A DNA stretch of 56,459 nucleotides, counting the filler, from Sphacelaria rigidula (lineage: Eukaryota), in assembly GCA_964200075.2 (NCBI GenBank). It is 5 parts of 5 records of this genome, joined end to end, with 100 filler letters (N's around TTAATTAATTAA, not from the genome) between each part and the next. Parts side by side here need not be neighbours in the genome. Positions count along the whole stretch, not along the records: positions 1 to 11,213 come from CAXNAA020005230.1; positions 11,314 to 22,526 come from CAXNAA020005231.1; 3 more parts are not named here. One strand, written 5' to 3'. The notes under the pieces were generated by a model. The model saw only the letters and a program-made list of their open reading frames with translations, had not been told where the DNA came from and searched no databases. The translations under genes were made by a program, and so were the position numbers. This document shows positions 1 through 11,497 of the stretch, one piece after another (position 1 is the first letter of the stretch; each line of letters opens with the position of its first letter).

Positions 1-89
1 CCGATCTATCGACTGTAACCTGCCCTATTAACCTCTGCGATCCCCCGTACCCTTCGCCGCTGCCCCCGATCAATAATTTTCGCAGGATC

Positions 90-2000
90 ATGCAGAAGAC
101 GTGCAAGACGCATCTCTTTTATGTGTCGATGCTCGGCGTGACATCAAATTGCGCAGAGTTGGCGATTTGTGTACGCCACGTACTGTCCCTCAAGGGGGAG
201 AGCACGGATGGGGTAGCGGTGGTCTTGGAGCCTACCGAGACCCAGCATCCGATGTTCGTTGTACCGTTGATTGCTGTTCAGCACAGCATGGTGTTTTTGT
301 TTTGGTTAGCCAGTTCCAAGTGCTCCCGGTGTTTTGCAGCTGATTTGTTGATGCGGTAGGATTTGTTTTCCCGTGTTGATAGGTCATGACCTATTCTTGA
401 TGATTCCGTCGGCTCATGTTTCGAGTGCATTTTCGGAAATCCGATGCGGTTGGCGAGAGTCACTGGCAACATCGATTCGCTGCAGCTCATAGACGGGAGG
501 CGCTCCATTGGCTTCGTGCAAGAGAATTTGTTATGATCTGTTGCCATCGAGGGTGAGATGATGGAACGGACAATCCAGGGTCCCACCACGTTTCGCGACT
601 TTTCTTCTCACGAAAAGGCAGGGTATCAGCAGTCATATCACACGCGATGACTTGCGCAAAAACAACGACGGAAACTGCGGCGAAAGTTTAACAGAAACGT
701 GATCTCAAGATATCCACGAGTCCCTAGTCCACACGAATGGTGGCATCAACCGCAATCGCGAATGAATTCGGGCACAACCTGGCTAAATCGTATCTTATAC
801 TCGAACCGCACGACTCACTACTCTGGAGACCTCTTAAACAGTGTATTCTCCCACAAATACGCGCCTGTGGGCCAGCGCGCAACATTGTCCAACATTGTTC
901 TTCCATTCCATTCAGGCAACGGGTGGCGGGAATGTTGCAACATGCTACACCTGTAAAGTTTTCGTCTCATCATCGGAACCGGCGCAGCCAGATAGTTATG
1001 AAAAAAACCTCACCCTCGATCGTACTTTCAACGCTCGATTTCACGGAAACACCGTCGCATTCACCAGCAGGATTTTGCACCAATGTGCGAGGTAAGCTTT
1101 GTGTCCATTAATGATGCAGACACTCCCCGCCGCTGATAGCCATCCAAAGCCTACTCTCAATCGTACCATCTACTCTCTATCTCACGAAAACATTGTTTAA
1201 TGCGATATGCGGATCACGGCCCAATTCGTCTCTGTCGATGAGATATTGCATTAGAGCTTAAATCCGTTTTCAGGCTGGCCCAGCACGTATGAAACACGTG
1301 AGTTCTTAGCCAGCAGTCTACACATGAATGATGGATAGCTATAGGTCGTACGGTGTGCCCACGTGAGAGCTTGGTTAGCTGGAACCAATGGTATCTCCTG
1401 GTACTCGTACTGAGAGACCTCAGCCAGTGCATTAGCCTGCCCATCATTATAATAATTGGCGTCGATAAACGGACCTTGTTCTGCTTGGTTAGGAGGTCTT
1501 TGTGTTGCTTGGCGTTGTGTTTTTCTGCTCAAACTGTAGCTAGTGACTCGCTTTCATTTTTCTGCGTTTTTTTACTCACATATTTAGTGAGGCGCCCCTG
1601 TGCTATTCCGATTGTCATACAGAGTAACGGTTGGCTACATGCACAAGGCGGAAGTAGAACGCAGTTCCAGCCAGACCGTCGCGTAGTCAGGAAACCAACA
1701 AAGTGCGTCACCATGGCACTTACGCGGATGAAAATAAGCGGGAACAGGACCAAAGGACAGCTACAGCAAATCGCTCAGCAGCTACAAGCAGTGTACTAAC
1801 GGGGGGGCAGATACGTATCATTGATACTCGAAGCTGGGGCAACGTACAGTAGTCTTTACTACTGTTGTACAATGCAACCGAACCCAGAGTAACTCTGCTT
1901 TCGAACAAGGTATCGCACGCGCCACTGTGCCTCGTGCAAACTGTGTGCCCGCCGACCACTACTACATCGATGGTGGTTAATAGTTGGTTTCGACGGCTCA
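90..2000 (-). mobile_element. Heavily decayed Ty3/Gypsy pol remnant (RNase H, integrase, possible chromodomain)
   Basis: Broken minus-strand peptides in Gypsy order: AAERFAVAVLWS and AQGRLTKY (RNase H-like), LTWAHRT..CWASLKTDL (integrase Zn-finger-like), LNGMEEQCWTMLR (NGxxER core), VGPWIV (GPY/F-like), DSTW (chromo-like). Confidence 0.55.
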
Positions 2001-2247
2001 TGCTGCAGTAGCGTATGGTTGATTTGCCTTGTGCCGAATTAAAACACCCCCCCCCGTACCTCGGCGAGCACCCCAGATATTAGTAGATGCGCAACCCCCC
2101 CCCTTCCCCCCGGGCGCCCTTTTGTGTGTCCGCAGAACTGCTCATGACGCGGCCAAGTTGGTGGCCCGCCTCTCAAACCATCCGGCCTCTCCGCCATCCA
2201 TCGGCAACACGCCCGGTGATCGCGCCCACCGCCAGGCAACGATCGAT

Positions 2248-4692
2248 ATGTCTACTAACGTCATCCCACGTAAGACGGACAACACGTCGTATGCTGCGGC
2301 CGCTACCGTCCGTACGACGACCCCGACACGCCCGCCTCGTGCACCTAGCTCGGCGGCCGATGCCCGCCTGACGCCAGGTCTGCGATTGGCGCGTCACGAA
2401 CGAGTGTGGCTTTCTCGTTCCGCGGCCGATCATACCGGCCCTTTCCGCAGAAGCAACCACCTCCACTGCTCCCGCGAGGCTTGGACCTTAATTTCGCAAC
2501 GCATGCTCTACGCTATCAGTGTTTACGTGGAGCAGGGCGTCTTCTTCCCCGATAAGGGCGTATCGGCACTCACCTTGGGCCAACTGGTCCTTCAAACGAC
2601 TATCGGCGATCACCCGCATCACCAGAGTTACGTCGGCGCTGTCACCGATCTTTTGCGGCGCTACACGCCGCTTACAACCCTGATCCCGGCGCCACCATCG
2701 CCGACGATGACGAAGATGAAGATGGGTGGACTCCCGCAACTGCCAACTAACCACCGCCGGGATGACGACGACAACGATGGAGGAGGCTCACGCCGCCGCC
2801 ATGGTGGTGGAGGATCCTCTTCGGGCGGCTCCGGACCGGAGCGCCCGCCTCGCAATACTCGCGGCCCGCCTCGCAAGAAAACCGGAGGTATTTCTTCCGG
2901 ATCTTCCGCGACACCCAAGCAAGCGATCCCTAAATTATCTGATACGGACACACCTGACAGTCCATTGTCTTCTACTGCAGCCTGCGCTTTGGCAACCGCT
3001 GCGGCTGACAAAGAACGTTCCGAAGCTAGTGAAAAAGCAGCCTCCGGTAGAGCCGAGTCTGCTCGTATAGCTGCAATGCAGAGACAGGATATTCAGATAG
3101 ATGTGAAAAAGCTCTGGCACATTAAAACCATGTCTGCTGCGGATAACTAAGATTCGAGCCAGTTTATTTCTGCCCTCATCACGTCCATTCGCCGCACTGT
3201 TTGTAACATCCTCCACTTGGCGGATGCAACTGGCACACAACGTTTCGAAGATTCCGATTGGGTAGAGAGCTGGCAGACTCCCTTGCATATAGCATTGCAT
3301 CGATCTATCAGCCGTCGCTCTCCCGACATCGCTGCTTCTTTGACACGGATCCTCGACGGCTTCCTCGCCGAAATGGATCCGGATCGTACCAAGGGGAAGA
3401 TAGGCCCGGCATTGCTCTCTGATTTGGAGAGGCGTTTGATAGGCTACTTTGACAAATGGGACCGAGTGATGCTACGGTAGGGTTTCACGTTTTGAGCGAA
3501 AATGTTTCTCGGGGTGTTGCAAGCATCATTTCGAGAATCGGAATCATTTTCACTTGAAAAAGAGCAAAAATGATGCCGATTCACGTGAAGTGCCCTGCGT
3601 GCATCTCCATGTCCTGTCCCGGGAGATTTTGGTTGCACAGTAAGCCCCATATATTTGGGCTCCTACAAAAACGAGACCAAGAAACAAAAAGTGCAACCCC
3701 TATCGTAGCATTGGTCGACCAAGCCAGCACCATCCAGAGGCTGAGTTGTTTTGCTGTCGCATCGGATGTCCCCTTCGCGGATTATTTCCGCGAATTTAAG
3801 CTTTTGGTCTCTAGTACTACGAGTGTCGGACGCCAAAACGGACCGAGCGATGCAATGTGTCAGACTTACGTTTGCAATAGCGTTGCTCAACAGTATCCGG
3901 CTCTGATGCCGTCGTTGTTCCCGAGTGTCTTGGCGCATCGCGAGGTGCCATACGCCTCTGTTGATGCTATGTGGTCTGCTTTTGTACACCAAGAAGGTAA
4001 TCTAACGCCCGCCATACGTGGCAAACCTTTCACGTCTGTACGTTCACAACCTACGGTTGTGTCCTCCGCTCATGCCCAAGGGCCTCGCGGGAGGAATTCG
4101 AGCTCATCTTGCGCTTCATGGACCCGCGATTCGGTCACCAGCTCATTTATGCATGTTCAGAGTACCAGGGATGCATTCAGCGCGAGTTTTGATGGTAGGC
4201 CGTTCTCCGAGAAAACTTAGGATGATGTTTATTTGACTTCAACAACGGCATTCATTACAGATGATCCCCATTTGTGGAGCGCACTCTTTTCGTCTTCCGC
4301 TAGACGAAAATACCTTCAGCAGTCATGCCAACAGTTGCATCAATTGTAGTGTTCAAGGCCACAGTATGCGCGACTATGACAGTCCATGCATCAATGCCTT
4401 TGATTTCATGAACCCTGAAGTGCAGGACAATGAACCCGCGTGGCGCCGATGGCAAAAACGCACCCGCGACTATCACCTACCTAATCGAAATTACCGTAAC
4501 AATTCGAAAGAACTTGGCAACAGAAGCTCAAATCACGGCGCCGACAAAACAACAATCACGCAGGCCCTCGCCAGAACGATAAAAAAAATCGCGACAATAA
4601 ACATTCCGCTGATGGACACGAGCGGACGGGACCGACACAAAGCTCGGATCCCAACACCAGAAACGCTGGTACCTTCAATACGGATTGCCTAG
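2248..4692 (+). pseudogene. gag: gag-like region of Gypsy copy A with degenerate CCHC zinc knuckle
   Basis: Frame continues past the TAA at 3148 to 3477 and resumes after a 170-bp insertion; knuckle CINCSVQGHSMRDY at about 4336-4377 has its last C replaced by Y. Confidence 0.7.
3480..3647. mobile_element. MITE-like insertion interrupting gag
   Basis: Imperfect TIRs gggtttcac / gtaagccc, flanks TA / CA; removing 3480-3649 rejoins ...DRVMLR-Y-IFGLLQK... in frame; internal palindrome at 3533-3584. Confidence 0.65.
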
Positions 4693-4760
4693 ATCCATGA
4701 CGTGCCGACGCCGGCGTTCTTCGGTCTTCCACGCCGCCGACAGCACGAGCGAAGACTCTC

Positions 4761-4972
4761 TCAACACAGCCCGCGGAGACCGTGACTAAGATTGCTCACC
4801 CGACTTCCCCGACATTATCCAGGGGCGTAACTGACGGCCGTTCATATCGATCCCCGTCTCCAACCTCCACACACTTTTCAACACAGCCCGCAGAGCCCGC
4901 GACTAAGATTGTTAGCCCGGCTCCCCCGGCACTATGCAGGAGCGCAACTGACGGCCGTTCATATCGACCGCG
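4761..4972 (+). repeat. 117-bp (39-codon) tandem duplication in the gag-pol spacer
   Basis: tcaacacagcccgc...ctgacggccgttcatatcga begins at 4761 and again at 4878. Confidence 0.85.
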
Positions 4973-5899
4973 ATCTTCACCCATCCACACACGGCGTAAT
5001 AGTTGTGTCACACCGCGACTCAGACCCACACCCGGCTTTGAACATGGTCCTTCAGTGCCGAGTATACGTCTGAGGTGTGGGAAGACAAACCGCCAGTCCC
5101 TGAGGTAAAGGCTTCCCTCAGCGACGGCACGCACAGGTAGTAGCAAGCATTCTTCAGCTGACCCAAGTGTTGCTGATTTGAACTTGACCACATCGGATCA
5201 TGTGATTCCCAATCAGTTGGATCGAGCTCCTTTCCCGCGATTTTCAACACGCACAGACCTACCTTCGGCCGGTTCTGATGACACCCGTCCCAACATCTCT
5301 TCGGCTATGACCCAACAGGCAAGCTTGCCTAAGGAAAGCAGCCCCCAAGCTTCGCTCCGTCACACTCCCATGCTGACCCCATCCACGCAACTGGACGCAG
5401 TTGTGGTTTCATCCCCAAATGTTTCGGAAGTTCCCCGACCTTTGTCACGGCGAAAGAGAAAGTCCCTTAAGCATACCCCCAAGGACGCGCGCGCATCATC
5501 ACGTACACCTCTTTCGAGCGGAAATCCTCGACCTCAGTATCTCCAAAATGCGACGCCTTTAAGTTTGACGACTATATCAAGTATCCCGAAAGAAACAAAA
5601 TCAAATAATTCCGACGGCATTACTTCCTCAATCGACGGCTCCAGTCCCGCACAATCTGGATCCCCCTTGGACGGTGATCCCTGCCAACCAAAGACGATTA
5701 TTTACGAAATCGCCAATGGTCACTCTGACCGTGCCACACCTGGAAATAATATACCGCCCACCCCCTTCTCTGGTGAGAAATTTGACCCACCGTCGGATCA
5801 TCCGCCGTGCGTTTTTGCTGTCGGCCTCGCTGACCCTGACCAATTTACCTCGCCGGAACACGGTCCGGATCTTGTCGGCGGTAAAGTATCTGTAGATCC

Positions 5900-8800
5900 G
5901 ACCACTTTCGCTACACGCGTTGCGATCCGTTCCGGTCCAAACGCTATGACGCCTACGAAATGCGTATCTTTGTTGAACAGCGGCAGCCCGCAAACATTTA
6001 TTCAATAATCAACATGGAAACACATGAAACAGACTGGCGCTGCTACTGCAGCTTACGAAACCACCACCAAACCTCGGGTATGGGGCGGTTTCGGTGATTC
6101 TGCCGCACCACTGACGACACGTAAATCTGTACGTCTCAGTGTACGTTTCTTTCACAACACCACTCGATCTGCCAGCCTTGCAGTCTGGGCAAACATTGTC
6201 CCCGACAGCACAATGCATCATGCCATATTATTGGGCAGAGATAGCTATATGCGGTTGAATGAACGCACCTACCGCACGCTTCCACCACTAGCGCCACATT
6301 CCACGCCTCGTGGTGAATTCAACCTCAAGCACTTCGGTACTCTCCAGGGCGCCCTGGCCTACCAGAAGGATACTCAAGTAACCGGGGCTGCTCACCACCT
6401 ACGATACAACGGTAGCGTTGGTATTACACTCTCCGACGACCCCCAACTTCTAAAAGTTACATTCGTTCGCCGAAATAGCTTGCCAGCACTTACGGGTCAT
6501 TATCTTGCCGAAATGTTACCCCGTATTGGCGCACCAGCCGACGCGAAACATTTTGTGTCGGCGGGACAACGACTCCTCCCTCTTACGGGTCATGCTAACT
6601 TGGAACCCGGCGATGTTTTAGGAATCGCCGCTGCTCCCCTGAATCACATCCCACCCGAGACGTGCGTAACAGAACCTGCCGCGCCAAACGCCACATCTCT
6701 GGCGGAGTCAGTCCACTGCGTCGATGAACCATATTTCGACCTCGCCTCTGCGACTTCACCCTAGGTTCACACCGTGGATTCTGTCCAGTCAAAGTCCGAT
6801 CCTCCTGCTGAAGTGCTTCAACGCTCATCACCGGATTCCCGGAATAGCTTTTTGCAGATGTGGCACCAACTGCCGCCACACCTACGCGACATCAATTTTG
6901 ACCTTCATGAGCCCGGCTGGGAACCGGCAGTCATCCGAGAACTCAGTGATGTCCTGCTACAGTACCAAAACCGATTTTCCCGATCCAAGACGGATCTTGG
7001 GCATTGCAAAACACTGCCTTTTGAGGTTACCCTCCAACCCGGCGTCTCGCCGATTTCTTCTCGGCCATACCGAACAAACCCAATCCTTACCAAGAAAGTT
7101 AACGCCATCTCGGATGCGTATTTGGGAGCGGGATTAATACAACATTCCTCCTCCCCTTGGGCCTCGCCCCTTGTAGCCGTCCCCAAAAAGGATGGAAACA
7201 TGCGCATAACCGTGAATTACCAACGGTTGGACCGCGTCACTGTGGTCGGAAAACTTCCAATTCCCCGCATTGATGGAGTCTTCGACTCCCTAGGCGAAGG
7301 GAAAATATTCAGCACCTTCGAGCTCGCTTCTGGATTTTTCCAGAATGCTATTCACCCTGACACAGTCCCACTGACGGCCTTTCGCACCTCGTCCGGACTC
7401 TATGAGTGGCTTCGAATGCCACGAGGCGCCGCCACTGCCCCGGGGTACTTTCAACGCTTAATGCAACGCGTCACCGAAGGCCTCAAGCACATCATCATGT
7501 ACCTGGATGACGCCATCACTTTCGATGCCTCACCTATTGCACATATCCGCACTCTACGAGAATTTTTCTCTCGCCGACGCACGCACGATTTGAAACTGTC
7601 TCCATCCAATGCTCGCCTTGGTGCAACTGACTTGGATTTCTCGGGGCATTCCATTTCGCCAGCAGGCCTGCGTTCGGATACAAACAAAGTCAAGGCGATG
7701 ACTGACTTGCCGATGCCAACTAACATTTTTCAACTTCGCTCATTGTTGGGCGGGCTATCCTACTACCGCAGGTTTTTGCCGAATTTATCTAAACGGATCC
7801 GCCCCCTTACTGAGTTACTCAAAAAAGGAGCCGTGTTGTCCTTCACAACCGAAATGGAGAATATCACCCGCGAATTGCTCAAGACGCTTACCGAGAAGCC
7901 GGTACTCTGCTTTCCTGATTGGGAGGCAGTACAAGATGGCTCCCGCCTTTTCCAACTCCATACTGACGCCGGCACAAACGGATTTAGAGGAGTTTTGAAT
8001 CAACCTCAGGTTGATGGTTCCGTCCGACCCATCTTCTATATCAGCCGCGCTACCCTGCCCAATGAGGCCAATTGCAGCCCGCTAGAACTGGAAGGCGGAG
8101 TAATCACTTGGGCCATTAAGCGCCTTCGACAATATTTATTTCATGTGCCCTTTGAGATCTATACAAATCACAGAGCACTCGAAAAACTCGCCAAGGTTGA
8201 CGAACACAACCCGCGTGTACAACGATGGTTGGAGTTTCGAACAGCATATCAGTATACCATTAAGCACCGTCCAGGCAAAACCAACGGGAACGCTGATCTT
8301 CTTTCTCGCCTACACCTGACGCTTACGGCCGCAGATTCCAGCCCAGCTTGACGTTTAAATGAGCACGATGAACCTGGAGTTTACGCGATCAGACGTTTTG
8401 TAACGCCCATTTACGCCCTCGACCTCCAGTGCCCGGAAACCGGTATGCATATGGGAGGACCTCACCCTCTACCATATGGCGCCGTCTTGGGTAGGTTGAA
8501 GCCCACTACCTCCGATTTTGTCGATTTTCGCACTTCCTGCACTCGCGCGAAGCTCTTCGCGGAGACACCTCCAGTCACCCACCTTATCTCCGACAACACG
8601 CGCTCCCGGTCTGCCGCCCGGATCACCCCAACTGCCTTGCCGCCACCGATAACACCTGCAAATTCTACGAGCCACGTAGCACAAGTTCCACGGACCAACA
8701 CACAACGCTCCGCGAAACCTCCTGCAACGTGCACCACGCGCCACGGACAATCTCCGCCGCGCACTGGTACAGCCCCGCCGCCCACACCGGCGCTGCAAAC

Positions 8801-11088
8801 ATCTACCGCTCCCGAGCACGGAACTGACAACTTAGCTCCTGCTCCCGGGACAGATGTTGGCATCGGCATTTCTGCCCCGTCGCCTATTCCCCCGCCGCCT
8901 GCCCCACCATGTTTGGTTGGCTCGCCAGCGGAAGGTCAACTACGCGAGTTTCTCGCCAGCTACTCTCACCGCGATTGGGCTCGCGAACAACACGCAGAAC
9001 CGCTATGTCGCGCAGCCATCCGGTACTTACAACTCGACTGTCCCTTTTCCATCCACACTTCTGGCCCCGGTTGGCACACGGCCACCACCAGTTATTTCTG
9101 ACGTATACGAGCTCGTGCGTAAAGGCACCCTTTTTACTACGGATGAAGGTGTACAACTACTCGTGCGTCGGCCCACGCCTTTTACGGGCGCAATTGCCGC
9201 CTCAACTACGGGACGCACCGCACGACAACTCGATGACGAACCAACGCGCATATATGTGTCATTATTAATGCGCCCCTGGGTCATGAAAGGCTGCCACACA
9301 GACTTGTCATGTCACCTTGGCGTCACCCGCACCCTCGCGCTCTTGGAACGCTTCTACTAGTGGGTTGGCATGGAACTTTCAATCCGCTTCTGGGTATGGC
9401 GATGCTCCAAATGCCAAGCCCGAAAGACTTCACGACAGACAGTACGCTGGCCCGCCATCTCTATGGGACTCCCCGACGAGCCCGGCCACCTTGTGTCCTT
9501 TGACTACTTCGGCCCTCTACCGACCACAGGTCGCGGCAACACCTTCATCTTACTCTTCACTGACTGCTTCAGCCACCACGCGTCCATGTACGCGGTAACC
9601 GCCGCAGATCTTAATGCCACCGGAGCGGCCGACATATTGGTGCACGATTACATGAGGCACTACGGTTACCCAAGACGACTCCTTTCAGACAATAGTCAGC
9701 AATTTTGCTCAGATCTCTCTGATGAGCTCTACAAGCTCCTCGGCATCCGCAAAATTGCCACGAGCACCTACCACCCGAACGGTAACGGTGGTACCGAAAG
9801 AGTTAATCACACCATGGCCCAAATGCTCTCTATGGTTGTCAATGACCGCCAAAATAACTGGGACCTACATCTCTCGCATATAATGTTGTCCTACAATAAC
9901 TCGGTTAACGCCGCCACAGGCCTTTCTCCGAACGAACTCCATCTTGGACGTCACCCTCGGATGCCCATCACCGTGTTTGAGCGCCGCACGTTCGACGGCC
10001 ACCAAGGATTGAATCAGGATCAGAGATGTCCTACCACGAGCTAGCGCATGCACGACAACTCAAAGCGTTCACCCTCGTGCGCGAGCAACACGCTATCAAC
10101 GCCTCGCGCGTAGAGAGAGCTAACACTGCTCTCTACAACCCCATGCACAAACGCCCCAACTAGAAAGTTGGTGATTAGGTTTGGATCTACAACAGTTTGT
10201 CGACCATCCGCCAAGGCACCAGCAAGGCAGCCAACGAAACAATTTTGAAGACAGAATTGTCCCTCAATTGGATAGGACCATTCAAGATCCTGACAGTCGG
10301 ATCATCGTCATCATCACCGGATGATAAACCCGTTGGTGACACGCTGCTCTGTCTCAAGTTGCCTCGCGACTTTTAGGGCAAGGACACCAAACCCCACGTC
10401 TGCGTGCACAGATGCAAACCCTGTACGAACCCGCATGATACAAGTGACATGCCCAAGTACCTGCCTGCCGGACTCACGCAGTATGTTCTCAACAGCTACT
10501 CGACCAAGTCCCCACCCTACCACGTTACAACCGACGACGTCATGGAACAGCCCCTTCGGTTGGCTGTGTCCTCCATTTCCGGCCACCAGATAACCCGTGG
10601 TCGAGGAGGCAAGATCGCTGGCATGTATAAGACACACTGGCACGGTCTTCGGAGAGCGTCTTGGGAACGCGAATCCGACCTGCAATTGCACCGCCGTGCA
10701 ATCCTCCTGTACTGGACATAATCTCAACATGACCATCTTGCTCACAACAAGAAATATCGCAAATGCGTCGTGGCGCAGTACACCCGCGAACTTCACCGCA
10801 ATCAGGGACTACGCTTCGTCGCCGATGGTTACGAACTTGTACCTACCAGGACTTGTGAAACGAAGTTCTTCGCAACCCAGCGATTACTGCCCAAGGGCAG
10901 CTACCTTTGGTTCAAAGGCAGCGACAACCTCTGGTGGTTGGGTCAGACCCACTCCGCTAACCAGGTTTCGGCCGACACATACATCGTGCGCTTCATCGAT
11001 GACCCTGGACCCATACAGCTCAAGCTCCGGCCAGCACTATACACTATCAGCCCATCTGCACCACGCGGATCCTGGTGCCTCCAGCGCC
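5900..11088 (+). pseudogene. pol: pol of Gypsy copy A: aspartic protease, RT, RNase H, integrase, chromodomain, PWWP-like domain
   Basis: LLNSGSPQTFI (protease, catalytic D changed to N) and ILLGRD; SSSPWASPLVAVPKKDG and YLDD (about 7499); LHTDAG and NGNADLLSR; H..CHLG..C..C, DYFGPLP, LLSDN, YHPNGNGGTER. Confidence 0.95.
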
Positions 11089-11092
11089 TTAA

Positions 11093-11210
11093 CCCTTAGG
11101 GACCCCACTGACGATTCTTGTTTTTGTGAATCGGCATCAATTTGACTTGAATATGACTGAAAATGATGCCGATTCACAGAAACAAAAATCATCAGTGGGG
11201 TCCCTAAGGG
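11093..11210. mobile_element. piggyBac-type MITE (118-bp near-perfect palindrome)
   Basis: TTAA|CCCTTAGGGACCCCACTGA...TCAGTGGGGTCCCTAAGGG|TTA (contig end); CCCT/AGGG termini with a TTAA target are piggyBac hallmarks. Confidence 0.8.
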
Positions 11211-11213
11211 TTA

Positions 11214-11313
11214 NNNNNNNNNNNNNNNNNNNNNNNNNNNNNNNNNNNNNNNNNNNNTTAATTAATTAANNNNNNNNNNNNNNNNNNNNNNNNNNNNNNN
11301 NNNNNNNNNNNNN
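11214..11313. other. Artificial contig linker (N44-TTAATTAATTAA-N44)
   Basis: Identical 100-nt spacer repeated four times; the 12-mer has stop codons in all six frames. Confidence 0.98.
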
Positions 11314-11497
11314 GGGAAAACACTGTTTTAGGCTTGAGCCTCATCCCGGAGGTAAACCTCAATTCGCACAATTTGTTGTTTATTACTTGTTGTTAGCGTA
11401 AACCTTATTTTTGGGTTAATAATGGATATATCAAGCAATATAAGTTCAGAACCGAAAACATGACCACCCTTATTTTGTAGTTTAAAAATGGTTACCT
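11314..11497 (+). repeat. Dispersed repeat (gggaaa.cactgt...cctcat family), also at about 27135-27400 (reverse) and 45250-45320
   Basis: Shared motif aaa(g/-)cactgt.tt..g(g/c)tcga.cctcat; two copies end in tggt(a/t)acc. Confidence 0.5.

Larger units (their letters stand above)
2040..11088 (+). mobile_element. Ty3/Gypsy LTR retrotransposon, copy A (decayed internal region; no LTRs visible)
   Basis: Order gag-PR-RT-RH-IN-chromo across ORFs 2029..3150 to 10770..11099; several in-frame stops (3148, 4218, 6006, 6762, 8349, 9358) and frameshifts. Confidence 0.95.

Noticed and set aside
1960-2250. 5' LTR and PBS of Gypsy copy A
   Set aside because: No TG..CA bounded repeat or recognisable tRNA-complementary PBS; the upstream DNA appears to be an older opposite-strand pol remnant.
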